A stretch of DNA of 64,000 bases from Curvularia clavata (lineage: Eukaryota). The notes beneath the pieces are model-generated. The model made no database searches. It had not been told where the DNA came from and saw nothing but the letters and a program-made list of their open reading frames with translations. Shown here piece by piece: positions 12,435 through 25,142 of the stretch. The stretch spans positions 1,426,001-1,490,000 of the forward strand of contig CP089281.1 in assembly GCA_023920165.1 (NCBI GenBank). Reading direction: 5' to 3'. The position numbers and the translations under genes are program-made. Each line of letters starts with the position of its first letter. The stretch's first letter is position 1.

Positions 12435-13563
12435 ATGCTCTCACGTCGTGCTTGTGCAAGCGTGCGCGGCAGGCTCATCCCGCAATCGGTTCCGACTGTT
12501 CGCACGCGAGCTTTTGGTGCTGCTGCTGCCACACAGAGTCCGGCGCGGGCTCCTGCGCTGGCCGATATCACGCCAGCTAGCGCTGCGAGTTTCAATGAGA
12601 AGCAGAAGAAATTTCGCGATGGCCTGGTAGCAGCCCAGAAGCGAAAGGAGCAGGAGGAGAGTACGTCATAGCCCCTCGGCAGCAAATTGGCCTCGACAAC
12701 ACTAACATGAGTTTGTAGAGGAGGCCCGCGCCCGGGAGCAAGAGAATGCCAAAAAGAAGGGTGGTGCGCTATCATCGCTCATCTACGGTACACCCGAGGG
12801 CCGCGAGCTCGACAAGGACATTGAGCGCAGCTTCTCTCAGGTCCTGGCCCGCGGCAAGTACGTTCACTCAATTGTCTTTCACGAGGTGAAACAGGAGAGC
12901 GTTGAGGAGTATACCGAATTGGTTGGAAACTGGTACCCCAAAATGGCTTCCATTCCCGAGAACAAGGTCCATCTGGTAGGCAGCTGGAGGACTGAAGTCG
13001 GCGACTGCAACACATTTGGTAGAGCTCCCTACCTTTTCCATGCTTGCCGTTTCTCTCCTCACTGACCTTGTCACACAGTGCACATATGGGAGTACCAGCG
13101 ATACGAAGGATACCACGAGTCGCTACACAACATTCAGTCCCATCCCGAGTTTTCCGAATTCGATGCCAAGCTCAAGAAGTTGATCTATAACAAGCGCAAC
13201 TCCCTCATGCAAGAATTCTCATTCTGGCCGACTACACCCCCACGCCAGCTTGGTGGCATCTTCGAACTACGCTCGTATACCCTGCACCCGGGCAACCTGC
13301 TAGAGTGGGAGACACACTGGCGGCGTGGACTGAAAGCCCGAAGAGAGGTCATGGAGGGCGTCGGCGCTTGGTTTGTCCAGATCGGCGACCTCAACACAGT
13401 ACACCATCTATGGCAGTTTGCCAATCTCGAGGAGCGCAAGATTCGTCGCGAACAGAGCTGGAGCATCGAGGGATGGGGCGAGACGGTGCACAAGACAGTA
13501 CCCCTCATCCAGACTATGAAGAGCCGCATCCTCGTTCCGTGTGCCTGGAGCCCTGTCGCTTGA
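12435..13563 (+). CDS. NIPSNAP family mitochondrial protein (2 introns)
   Basis: Arg-rich presequence MLSRRACASVRGR, then LARGKYVHSIVFHEVK, IFELRSYTLHPGNLLEW and QIGDLNTVHHLW. Confidence 0.92.
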
Positions 13564-14067
13564 TCTGCTCCCGAGGCAAGCCAGACAGTGCTTGGATCTC
13601 AAAATTCCATACAGCCAGAGTGCGATGCTTGGGCAGAGTAGCAAGACTCGCACTTTTCCATATCGAAGAATCACTCATCACATGGTCCGCAAGGACCGAA
13701 AGTCTTCTGGGTCGGTAAATTGGTTGAGGTGCTACTTTATTGCAGGACTGCGGGAGTATGACAGCTAGGTATACTGCAATACTATGATTTGATGCCACAT
13801 CATGAAGATATTTTGGTCAACAATCTGTCCAGCGCAATCTCAAAACAATAACAAGAGAGGGCTTGTCAATGGTCCAGACTCTTTGCCTGTGTTTCGCACT
13901 AAGAAAAAGCAGCAGGAAACAGGCCAAAGAGGCGGGGTACGTCATACGTCCAGCGTGCGCACGGACCACTTCTTTCACGCACACAAACAACACAGAGCTC
14001 ACGCACCTCAGCGACAACACGACAACGATTTCTGATACCGTCTTGGTTCAGAGCGAACCGCTTCACC

Positions 14068-15551
14068 ATGGTGTACATTCGACAAGACAAGCTGCCCAAG
14101 CTCAAAGAGTACAAGTATTCTGGTGTTGACCACAGTCTTCTCTCGCAATATGTGCTAAAACCCTTCTACACCCATGTGGTGATCAAATGTTTTCCCATGT
14201 GGATGGCGTAAGTTGTCGAATTTTATAACTCTACATTGCTAACTATTCCCAGGCCAAACCTCGTAAGTCTAATGTTCTAGGACCCTGATTCGCTTTGCAA
14301 GCAGCCATCCAACCCCACCACAGCCATGAATGTCTTGTATTTGCACTTACACAACAATATAGATTACACTCTCTGGGTTTGGCTTTGTTGTTATCAATTT
14401 TCTTACCATGCTCTGGTACACACCAACACTAGACCAGGACTGCCCGCCGTGGGTGTACGTTAGTTGGGCTGTTGGGCTTTTCCTCTACCAAACATTTGAC
14501 GCTGTAGACGGAAGCCAAGCCCGCAGGACCCGTCAGAGCGGCCCTCTTGGCGAGCTGTTTGATCATGGTGTTGACGCGATTAATACCACGTTGGAGGTGT
14601 TGCTGTTCTCCGCAGCGATGAATCTGGGTCAGGGATGGAAGACGGTTCTAACGCTTTTTGCTTGTAAGTGCAGTCTGTGATTCGATGATTGAAAGGACTT
14701 TTTTGCTGATCACCGTAGCATCGTTGACGTTTTATGTTCAGACCTGGGATGAGTACCACACGCATACTCTGACCCTGGGTATCATCTCTGGGCCAGTAGA
14801 AGGCATCATTACGCTGTGTATTGTGTACGCCTTGACTGCTTTTCTCGGCGGCGGCAGCTTTTGGCAACGCTCCATGCTCGAGAGTGTAGGTATCAAGCAG
14901 TATGACTTCATTCCACCGCTTTTGTACAACATGGCATGGAACGAGTGGTATATGGTTTACGGAGGAATCGTGCTAGTGTTCAATACCGTCTCAAGGTAAA
15001 CAAGTCCGTCCAGATAACAATGTCAATGCTAACAGTACTACAGCGCCCTGAACGTCATGAAAGCGCGCCGTGCCCGAGGTCAAAAGACGCGTGTTGCCCT
15101 GCTTGGTCTCCTCACCTTCGCAGCTGCCTGGGTCTTAATTCCCGCCTACCTGTACCTCCAGCCCATCATCCTGCACCACCACCTGGTTCCCTTTGTCTTC
15201 TACGCCGGCCTGATCAACGCCTATTCCGTCGGACGCATGATCATTTCTCATCTTACCAAGTCGCGCTTCCCAAGGGGTAACGTACTCATCTACCCCCTTA
15301 TTTACGGCGTCATCGACTCTCTCGGCCCATGGCTACAGGAGCATGTCGGCGTGGGCTGGCCAAGTGCCCTGGGTAACGACGTGTACCAAGTCGCCTTCGT
15401 CTTTATGTGTCTGGGGCTTAGTGTTGGTGTGCATGGAAGCTTCATTGTGGATGTCATCTGGACTATCTGCGATTACCTGGACATCTGGTGTCTTACGATC
15501 AAGTACCCGTATCAGCCTGTGGAAGAGAACGTCGAGAGGAAGAGTCAGTGA
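14068..15551 (+). CDS. EPT1: Choline/ethanolamine phosphotransferase (CDP-alcohol phosphotransferase), includes a 10-nt micro-exon
   Basis: LKEYKYSGVDHS, WMA|PNL|ITLSG, and the CDP-alcohol motif YQTFDAVDGSQARRTRQSGPLGELFDHGVD. Multiple TM segments. Confidence 0.93.
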
Positions 15552-16332
15552 TTGTGTGGTGGAGGTGTTAAGGTGTTGTGGATAGATTGTTAAATATTGG
15601 CCTAAGAGTGCCTTGATAGGACCGATTAGGTTACGAATTCGGATAATATAGTTTAGAAATCAATTATTCCGGAAGCTTCGGGCACAGGGGACACACAAGT
15701 AACGGACTACATGGCCCCTTCTGGTGATTTACCTACACATCCCCGCAGAGTTATGCTTGGGGTTAGCTACTAACGCTACTAATACTTATAGTTATATCCC
15801 TGTTATAGCTCGTTTGTTTCTGAAGTTCTTCTAGCTTGTTTTCAACCACATATGCTTTTTTAACAAGTCTATCAAATTTGCGAGGGAAGCCTTTTCTCTC
15901 CTATGTTTAACAACCTAGTGATGTTGATTTTGCCCTCTACTAGTGTATCTGTCATGGCAATCGCAATCATGCTGTGTTCGTTAAGAATGTAACTAAACCT
16001 AACTTCATAGAATGGTGCACATTTGCTTCTCTGTATGATCATCCCTGTAAGCTTTTTTATAAACGCCGGTAGTTTACGGCGCTTTACGGAGATTAAATTT
16101 GATTTCGAAATATAGCGAACCATTGGAACCAATCGCAACAGCCTTCCCGTTTTGGAAGGCAATTAATGCTCGGTAGGATGTATTAGTTTATGCTTCAAGA
16201 AACACAAAATTATAAAAACTCATCTTCTTCAGCATTATCGTCCTCACGCCTCACAGCATCTTCACTTCACATTCTATTCATTGAACTACATCTCAATCAT
16301 TCATTCAATCACCATCTTCCCAAGTATCCAGA

Positions 16333-16778
16333 ATGTATGCCTCTACCATCGTTCTTGCCCTCGCCGGCGCCACTAGCATCTTTGCTGCCCCTACGGCTCA
16401 GTCTACTTCAGATCCAGCCGTTCCTCTCGGCAGCTGCCCGACTTGGGGTGGCATCTATGGTCGCGAGGGCTCTTCTAGCTGCTGTGTATACAGCGGTGGT
16501 CCCGTAAGTCTTCCCTTCCAAAAAAAAAAAAGAGTCCATGTCAGCGCAAAGTAAAGCTAACACATTTCATCCTCTGCTCACAGTCAACCTGCTGCCTCAA
16601 AGACTCGCCGGTTAGCGTATATTACCCTGACCTATATCAAACGTGGCTCTCTTGCCAGTCGCCCTGGTTCGCAAACCCAAACGCTTTCTCGACCTTTAAC
16701 CGTTGCAATTGGCCCAGCAGCGACGGCACGGGGCCATGCGCCGGTGTCCCTCGGGTTTTTGGAAATTTCACATCCTAG
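16333..16778 (+). CDS. Small secreted cysteine-rich protein, ~121 aa with 8 Cys (effector candidate); intron 16504-16583
   Basis: Signal peptide MYASTIVLALAGATSIFA. Intron GTAAGT..GCTAAC..CAG. Exon 2 is open in frame (STCCLKDSPVSVYYPDLYQTWLSCQSPWFANPNAFSTFNRCNWPSSDGTGPCAGVPRVFGNFTS*). TATAAA near 16211. Confidence 0.8.
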
Positions 16779-17478
16779 ATTATCATCTGTCTTGTATAAA
16801 ATTGAGACGGGAATGGTCTGATACATAATAGCTAGATTTCATTGTTTAATATACAGATCGTGTTTCTCTTCTTGAATGTTGATTCTATATTGAGGTAATC
16901 AGATGATGTTCTATGATAAATTGAATACGTAGCTAAGCGATAATCGATGCAAGGAATGGACATTGTAGTTGCAAAACATGATATACAAAAAGAGGTCAAG
17001 GCACTCGCCCCTTCATCTCCTCTTCTGCCTCACAAATGAGCTCATGAGATTTGCAAATCTCATGCTCTGCACTCAATCGCTTTTTGTACTTTCTCCCTGA
17101 AGCATGAAGCAAGTTCACTGTCCAGCACTGCATAGCTCCAGGGCGTCCACCATGGCATGGTTGCTTGGGTGTACGCAATTACTTACTTCTATATACAAGT
17201 TTGCCTCACTTCGGTCACAAAAAAGTTCTACAGAAACTGACAACGCCTCGTCCAACGCATAAGCTTTATGATGCCGAATCCATAATTAGTGTAGCTCAGG
17301 TCACCATTTCACAAATTGTTTGCGTTAGCCAGAGCCTCGAAGGTCGCTCTGCTCGCGTGCTCGTCCATGCATCGATGGCCTGTCACAAACGACACTAGAC
17401 CGCTTTGGTCCACCTCCGCCTGCAACTCCGCATTTACACTTGGAAAGTTTCTGGACACTGCACTTCGCTATCGCCAAC

Positions 17479-19102
17479 ATGTCGGGGTTAAACCTGGCTG
17501 TTACCAAAGACGGCGAGACCTACAACAAGCTATCGCGTCCTGATGACTACCTCGTATCGGCACAGCACCCTCCGCTATTTGTATCTGCTGTATCCGCCTC
17601 AGCAATCTCAGGCAGCAAGAGAAAGCACGAGTACGAAAGCGCGTTCGAAACCAAGCGCGCAAAAACTGACCGGAAAACTTCACGCTCCAAGATTCGAGGA
17701 CGCGTCAACGATCAGTTCCGGGAACCAGGAGTGCGATCTGTACTTCCAGGACTTGAAGGAGAAGAGCAATTAACAGACGAGTCGATCGATGAGGCAGTGG
17801 CATACCTTCGGAGTGTCAGGTGAGCATTTGCATCTCGCGCATTGCTTATACCGTACGAAAGGATTTGAATCGTAGCTAATATCTCCAACCAGGTCTGAAG
17901 CCTCAGCAATACCCACCCTTCTCGTAGCCCCAAACGATCCGTACGACACCGACAGTGATAGCAACGATGCCAGCAATTCAAACGAAAAACTTAACCTGGA
18001 AGCACAACGCGTAGTATACAATGATGGCACCTGGGTTGCTCTAGAAAGCGAAGGCGACAATGCATCAGAGTACTGGGACGGAGATACAAACGACCTCGAT
18101 CCACAAGAGAGCTGCCAATGGATACTCGTCCAACGGTTCTGCTCTCTTCGCAGCCGGCTCTCTTCGATTCGGGGGCGCACACTGCCCTTGAACGAAGCAA
18201 AAAGCTCCAGGAAACAAAAGCGCACCGAACAGTCAAACAAGCACCAGTGGGCGGAAACAATCGGTCGCGACTACCCTGCACTTGAAGAAGTCACTCAGAT
18301 GGACGAGTCAACTTTATATGTGGCACTACATGGCTGCGCTCTCGCACTGGATCGATCAACAGAGGTTTCTCGTCAGAAGAGCTGCTGGATCTGGACATTG
18401 CTAGCCTTGACAGGAGATTTTGGGACTTTGGACCATGAGAGAATCGGCAAGATCCGGGACCTGGGCCTTGCTGCCAGCCGACTGGCCAAGCGATTCTATG
18501 CTAGTAGAATCCCAGAAGAGCAACGCGCTCCAGAATGCGAGGCACATTCCAATAGGGGGTCTGGTGTAGAAGATGGGGAGCTGTCGGATTCTGCCAGTCG
18601 AAAAGAAGACTGTAACGGCAAACCAGATGCGGACAACAATCTGGAAAGTGGAGAAATAGCGGATGACAACACGGACGATTCGGGTGCCGAAATGATGATT
18701 TCAGATGATGAGGCAGGATCTTCGGATGCCTTAGAGGGTGGAGCCCTCGAGAAAGCAAGAGCACGCCTCCTTGCACAGCTTGGGGATCGATTGGTGCAGC
18801 CAGCAGTGCCATCATCAAATTTGCTACCTGAGCCAGTTCCAGCGTCAAACTTTCGACTGCTGTCGCGAGCCGAGGCCGAAAGACAGCGGCAAGAAATACG
18901 CAACAATAAGCCTCAAACAGAAGATGTCGCGCGCGCTTCAGCCTCCACTTCGGACCCAGTACGCATCAAGCGTCCCGCGCCGGACAGCACACCCTTAACC
19001 GAGAGTGAACTGGAAACCAAGGCTGCAATTGACATGATTTTGACAGTAGTAGCAGAGTGTTATGGACAGAGAGACCTGCTGGAGTTCAGAGGAGCGTGGT
19101 GA
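17479..19102 (+). CDS. Gemin2/SIP1 (Brr1)-like snRNP assembly protein; intron 17820-17892
   Basis: Spliced EAVAYLRSVR|SEASAIPTLLVAP and SCWIWTLLAL resemble Gemin2 motifs. C-terminus MILTVVAECYGQRDL resembles the Gemin2 YFxQxDL end. Confidence 0.7.
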
Positions 19103-19246
19103 GAGCAGGAAGCGTACTAGATACCCCTTACGATAGTAGCAATATGTAATAATACTAATAGATCAGTGTCTTTACAGCGCAGCCGTGGATCGCACCACTG
19201 AGTTGTGACGTAGGTAAGCACGGGCCATTTTTGCGAATTGAGACGA

Positions 19247-20999
19247 ATGAATCTTTTGCACCGGCGCGCTCCTGGGCCATTGAGTCACTTTTATTTCCAG
19301 CCCATGCCGCGCATTTCACCCCACTTTGTCTGCCCCGCGCTGCTACAAGACGCCTTGCGATATACTTTCGCCTACCGCAAATTCACCCCAACCCCAACAG
19401 CTTTTCGCGTTCGCCTTTGTATATCCCGCCGCCGGCTCTGCACGCAGGCTTCGCCTCTGATTGACGACGAAATGGGCAAGGAAGACAAGAGCAAAAACTT
19501 CAATTTGAAGGTGCCAAAGGGCACGCGCGATTGTGAGTTTGCTGAACTTTTTTTTTCTAGCCCGTCTCTGTTTGTGTCTGTCTGCGAATGCATTCTCTGA
19601 CTGTTATCAGGGACTGGCGAAGATGCTGCCCTCCGCGATCGCCTCTTCGACACCGTGACCGACGTCTTCAAGCGCCACGGAGCGACGACACTTGACACGC
19701 CCGTCTTCGAGCTCAAGGAGATTCTCAGCGGCAAATACGGTGAAGACTCAAAACTCATATACGACCTGCAAGACCAAGGTGGTGAGCTCTGCTCATTACG
19801 CTACGATTTGACAGTGCCCCTCGCAAGATGGCTCGCCATGAACCCCAGTGTGCAGAGCTTCAAGCGATACCAGATTGCTAAGGTGTACCGCCGTGACCAG
19901 CCCGCCATGACCAAGGGCCGCATGCGAGAGTTCTACCAGTGCGATTTCGACATTGCGGGCTCTTACGATACCATGATTCCTGATGCCGAGGTGCTGAAAA
20001 TTGCTACCGACGTGTTTGACTCGCTTGAGTGGGATACATACACGATTAAGATCAACCACAGGAAGATTCTCGATGGTATCTTCAAGGCAGCTGGCGTGAA
20101 GGAGGAGTTGATCCGTCCTATCAGCTCGGCAGTTGATAAGCTAGATAAGGTAAGGGAGATGTTTGCAAAATGCCTTTCAGGGTACTGACACACTGCAGAT
20201 GCCGTGGGAGGAAGTGAAGAAGGAGATGGAGACCAAGGGCCTGGCAACAGAAGTCGCGGACAAGATTGGCGAGTGGGTGCAACGCAAGGGCGGCGACGAT
20301 ATCATCGAGTACCTCAAGACCAACGAAGAACTGTCCAAGTCGGAGGATGTCCGCCAGGGTGTTCAAGAGATGGAACTGTTGTTTGCCTACCTGGACGCGT
20401 TTGGCGCACGCAAGAGGATATCGTTTGATCTCTCGCTTGCAAGAGGTCTCGACTACTACACTGGTTTGATCTACGAGGTTGTCACAGAAGGCTCGGCGCC
20501 GCGTGTGCAGGGACAACAGCAAGAGATTGGTGTGGGAAGCGTGGCCGCAGGTGGTCGTTACGACCAGCTAGTCGGCATGTTCAGCGGCAAGCCCATTCCT
20601 TGCGTCGGCATCTCCTTCGGTATCGATCGAATCATCAGCATCATGAAGGCCCGCGGCCAATCGACACAGCGCGCCAAGGAGGTGGATGCCTTTGTCATGG
20701 CTTTTGGCGGCAAGGGCTTCAACGGTATGCTCACGGAGCGCATGCAAGTCGCACAGGAGCTGTGGGCTGCAGGCATCAAGGCCGAGTTTTCCTACAAGCT
20801 CAAGCCCAAGGTTCAGCAGCAATTCAAGCAGGCTGAAGTTGCAGGCGTGCCGCTTGCCGTTATTCTCGGCGAGGATGAGCTCAAGGATGGCAAGGTCAAG
20901 ATCAAAGTCCTCGGCATCAAGGACGAGAACGACCCGGAAAAGGATGGTGTGCTGGTCGACCGGAGTAGCATGGTCGAGGAGATCCGAAAGAGATTGTGA
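19247..20999 (+). CDS. HTS1: Histidyl-tRNA synthetase with likely mitochondrial and cytosolic starts (2 introns)
   Basis: [67 protein letters not shown] and AGGRYD. In-frame ATGs at 19247, 19304 and 19472. Confidence 0.97.
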
Positions 21000-21603
21000 G
21001 CGCAGCCTGAATCGATGGAGAGGAAGGGGAACAGGAGCATCCGCCGAGAATGCGGGTGCAAGAGATACCCATAGACTCCTTTTCTACTCATTTCATGATT
21101 TGATGGGCGCAATGCTAGGGAAATGGGAGTAAAAGCGAAAGAAGGGTGAAAAAAGCAACGACTGCTATGAAGGGCACGAGGATAGGATATGAGCGATGAT
21201 TTTAGCAAGCACAAGCGCATGTACGTTTTTAGACGCCCCGTATTGTACGGAAACAGATGGGGAGAAGCAGGAGAACGGACCTGTCTGTCGAGGGCATCCA
21301 AAGGGGACAACTCTGGACATGGATCTGATGAGAACGAAAAGAGAAAATGCACTTTATCTGCACTCAATTTGCATATGTGAACCAATTGAGTATTGGTGAC
21401 GGATTCCAATATACGCGCGAATGAGAGATTTTTGTAGAAAATAGGACTGTGATGGAGAATTTCCAATATTCTATACCGAGCACGCACCCCCCTTTAGTCC
21501 TATGTACAGACGCATGATGAAGACAGTGGAAATGTTGCACAATTCCACAAACCAGCTCTTGTGTAGCTGGAAGCAAAGTTCTCAAAGCTCAATGGCATTT
21601 TGT

Positions 21604-22216
21604 TTAGTAGCCGTCCTTGCCCCACTTGTTGTAGGTGTCGTGGAGTTCCTGCACGGTTAGCACAACGCTAGATAGTCAATTGGATAGGGACTAATTGCGT
21701 ACCTTGGGGAGGGTGACGTTGGGGATGACAACGACGTTGAGAGCCGAAGGAGCATCCTTCTTGACGCTCGTGTCACCACCTGGGTGGTACTGGTAAGGGC
21801 TGTGGCTGATGCCGTCGCGCTTCCAGGGCTCGCTGTCCGAGGCCTTGGCAACAGTTCGCTCAGACGAGGCACTGGTGGGCGAGCGGGCTAGAGAAGCGGC
21901 TGTTAGTACATTGGGTTCATAAGTGATGGTGGAGGGAGCTGGTGCTCACAGAAATGCCATCCTGCAAGGCCAAAGATGCCGCTCATGATGGCCAGGAGCA
22001 CCTGCATTCCAATCAGCAATCCATTCCATCTGCAATCCAGCGGGCGCATCCGAGGCGTACGTAGAGTTCCGGGTCGCGCTTTGCGCCCGTCTTGAGGGCT
22101 TCCTTGCTGCGCTGTCTCTCGCCCTCTGCAGCGGCGCTGGCCCATCGGCGGAAGGCAGGGGTGGGCTGGATGCGCGGGGCGGCGCGGAAGGCGGTGCGAG
22201 CAATGATGGAGGACAT
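21604..22216 (-). CDS. Small conserved mitochondrial single-TM protein (possibly NDUFA4/MLRQ-like), 3 introns
   Basis: Presequence MSSIIARTAFRAAPR, then GAKRDPELY|VLLAIMSGIFGLAGWHF (TM), YQYHPGGD, KDAPSALNVV and ELHDTYNKWGKDGY*. Canonical splice sites. Confidence 0.75.
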
Positions 22217-22631
22217 GGTGAGCTGCAATTGGGACGCGGGGCGGTGGTGGTGGTGTTTTGGGGGGCAGTGAATTGGTGGTCCGATGTGATGTTGAATCGA
22301 ATCTCGCGGGCGCCAAGCTTGGCGGATGCGTCACCGAGGCCGCCATGCCGCAAACAGCCTGGGGCCCTGGCAACCTTGCAACGCTGCGACCTCGCACGAC
22401 GAAGTTTATGCGCCCCTTTCGCTCATCACACACGCTTCTGTTCATCCTCTCCACCCCCAGGCCCCGGCGCAGCCGCCGCTGTGCTCCGCTCTCTCCATCT
22501 CTCGCTCACTCCCAGTCGCTCCTTCATCCACGCCCAAGCCAGTACCGTCCCGTTCCGGCCCAGCCGCGTCGTGCTTTCGTCCATGTCATGCTGCTTGTAG
22601 CCACTCCGCCGCCGCCACCCACAACAACACC

Positions 22632-24579
22632 ATGGCAATGACCCCGACCGAACAGAAGCGCTCTTCCACGGGCAGCCGCATCCTGGGCATGACAGGTCCC
22701 GCGGGCGAGCCAGGCCTGCCGCCATCGCGACCCTCGTCCATCACCACCGCGCACTCGGGCAGCCAGAACCGATGGTCTCAGCAGAGCCCGCGACGGGGAG
22801 GAGGCATGAGCGTCGCTGGCAGTCTGGGGCATCAGAGTCGCCCGACAACAGCTGCCAGCAGGACCCATGTCCCCCTCGCCGCCCACGGTTTCTTCCGGCC
22901 CATGAGTTCGCAGCGCCTCCAGCAACAGCGCAACCAGCGTCCCACGTCGCTCCTCGGCCACAACTCACTCTACTCGGAAACTACACATGAATCAAACACC
23001 AACCCCTACCGCTCCAGCGTCGGATCCACCCAGACAAACCGCGGCGTCATGACATTGGGCCTCCATCACGAAGAAGACCTGCATCCTCCGCCCTCGCGCG
23101 GCACCGACATCACCGACAGAGACATGCCCGACCGCACGACGGCAAATTCGACCCCTACCGGCGCTGAAACGGTGCGCAGCCACGGCGAGAGCATCACTCC
23201 TCTGCAACGCCCTCGGCCTGAGCGCCTTGATCTTGCCAATACGCGCGGCGCAGAGGCTGGCAAACTCCCTCCTGCTCCCAGCAAATCCCCGCGTTCCTTC
23301 AGGTCCAGCTTCATGATATCCAGCCGCGACGGCCGATCGAACCAAATCAGGCCCCATCAGGGACACGAAAAGCTCACCTCTGCTGAGCCGTCTCCACGAT
23401 TGGCGCGCAAAGAAGCTACAAAAGAGGCAGTCAAGAAGGAGCTGGGCAAGAACTACCAGTATTTCACTGGTAACACTGCTTTCTGTTGGGGCGGTCGGCT
23501 GCAAAACACGCGCGACCGGCCAGTCAACGTTGCGACGGCTATACTCATAATTCTGCCTGCTGGTCTTTTCTTCGGTTTCTCGTATGTCCAAACCCCGTGC
23601 TTCGATCTCACTGGCTATATACTGATTTTTTTACCACAGGGCGCCTTGGCTTTGGCTCCACGTTTCTCCTGCGATACCCATTCTCTTTGCGTACCTACTT
23701 CTCGTTTCTGTTTCTTCTTTCTTACATGCATCTGCTTCAGATCCCGGAGTATGTATCACCTCAATTGCTCATGAAGAGCCTCGCTGACCCCGCCAGATAC
23801 TTCCCAGGAATCTCCACCCGTTCCCTCCGCCTAATCCTAATGATGACCCGCTAAGCCTTGGTCCGCCTACCACGGAATGGACCATGGTTGTATCCGCGGT
23901 TGGCGCTAATGCCGCCATGGAGGTCCCGACCAAATACTGCAAAAGCTGCAACATTTGGCGTCCTCCCCGCGCTCACCATTGCCGTGTATGTGACAACTGC
24001 ATTGAGACTCAAGATCATCATTGCGTTTGGCTCAACAACTGCGTCGGTCGTCGCAACTATCGCTATTTCTTTGTGTTCGTCTGCGCCACCACTTTGCTGG
24101 CGCTCTTTCTTCTTGGTGCTAGCCTAACGCACCTCCTAGTTTGGCGGTCACGTGCTGGCGTTTCCTTTGGTGCGGCTGTGAACGAGTGGCGAGTCCCCTT
24201 TGCCATGTGTATCTACGGCTTTCTTGGCTGGACATATCCATTCAGTCTCGGCGCATACCATCTTTTCCTCGTCGGAAGGGGTGAGACGACGCGCGAGTAC
24301 TTGAATTCGCACAAGTTTCTCAAGAAAGACCGACACAGGCCCTTTACCCAGGGTTCGGTCTTGAAAAATTGGATAGCCGTACTACAGCGCCCACGCCCAC
24401 CAACCTATCTTCATTTCAAAAGGCGATACGAAGAAGGCGACCAACGGTTTGGACCTCGCAGAGACAAGCGAACTGCACCGTTGGCGCCAGAGCAACAAGG
24501 GGGTGGCGTTGAAATGCAAGATGTTCGCACATCAGAGGCCTTTCAGGGCCGCAGTACTGCAGATACTGGTGCCGCCTAG
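22632..24579 (+). CDS. ERF2: DHHC palmitoyltransferase, Erf2-like (2 introns)
   Basis: [26 protein letters not shown] (spliced), [46 protein letters not shown] and TTREYL. Confidence 0.93.
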
Positions 24580-25142
24580 ACATACAGAGACTAGATCCTC
24601 ATCTGTTTTGTTATGATTAATCAGTTGTATCGAGCTATAGCGTTTACATATTGTCCATACGTGACAACCCTGGTTACTACAATGACCGAGAAACGAGTGT
24701 GACGTCCTATATAACTATTCAAATTCTTTCCCAAATGCTTCTCTAATGCTTGAAACCCGTGAAAGAGGTGTATTTTAATAGCGCTTAGCAAAGCGGATCA
24801 CGAGAGGGGTGGTGTTCGTAACACTGGGATGGATGGATAGGAACAGCCTAATTGGCCGACCGTAGACTAGCTACATATGTTTACCTCCTCACTCCTTCGC
24901 CCATCAATCCACACTCCTGGAACGCCGCACTTCTCAATGCATGCACAGTACTTGTTCTGAGTCTGGTCGACCGTCATACACGTTTCTACTGCCGTTGTTC
25001 GCTTTGTGCGCGTGAGCCGTGGCAGTGTTGCTTTGTGAGCGCCATCGACCCGGCGAAACCGTCGACCTCCTCAGCGCGTCAGTGCCTCACCCCTCAAAGA
25101 TAACGACCGCGACACGCGTTACACCCTTTGTCCCCGACTACC

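Noticed and set aside
15600..16200. AT-rich stretch as a possible transposon relic
   Set aside because: No terminal inverted repeats, LTRs or transposase-like peptides could be identified.
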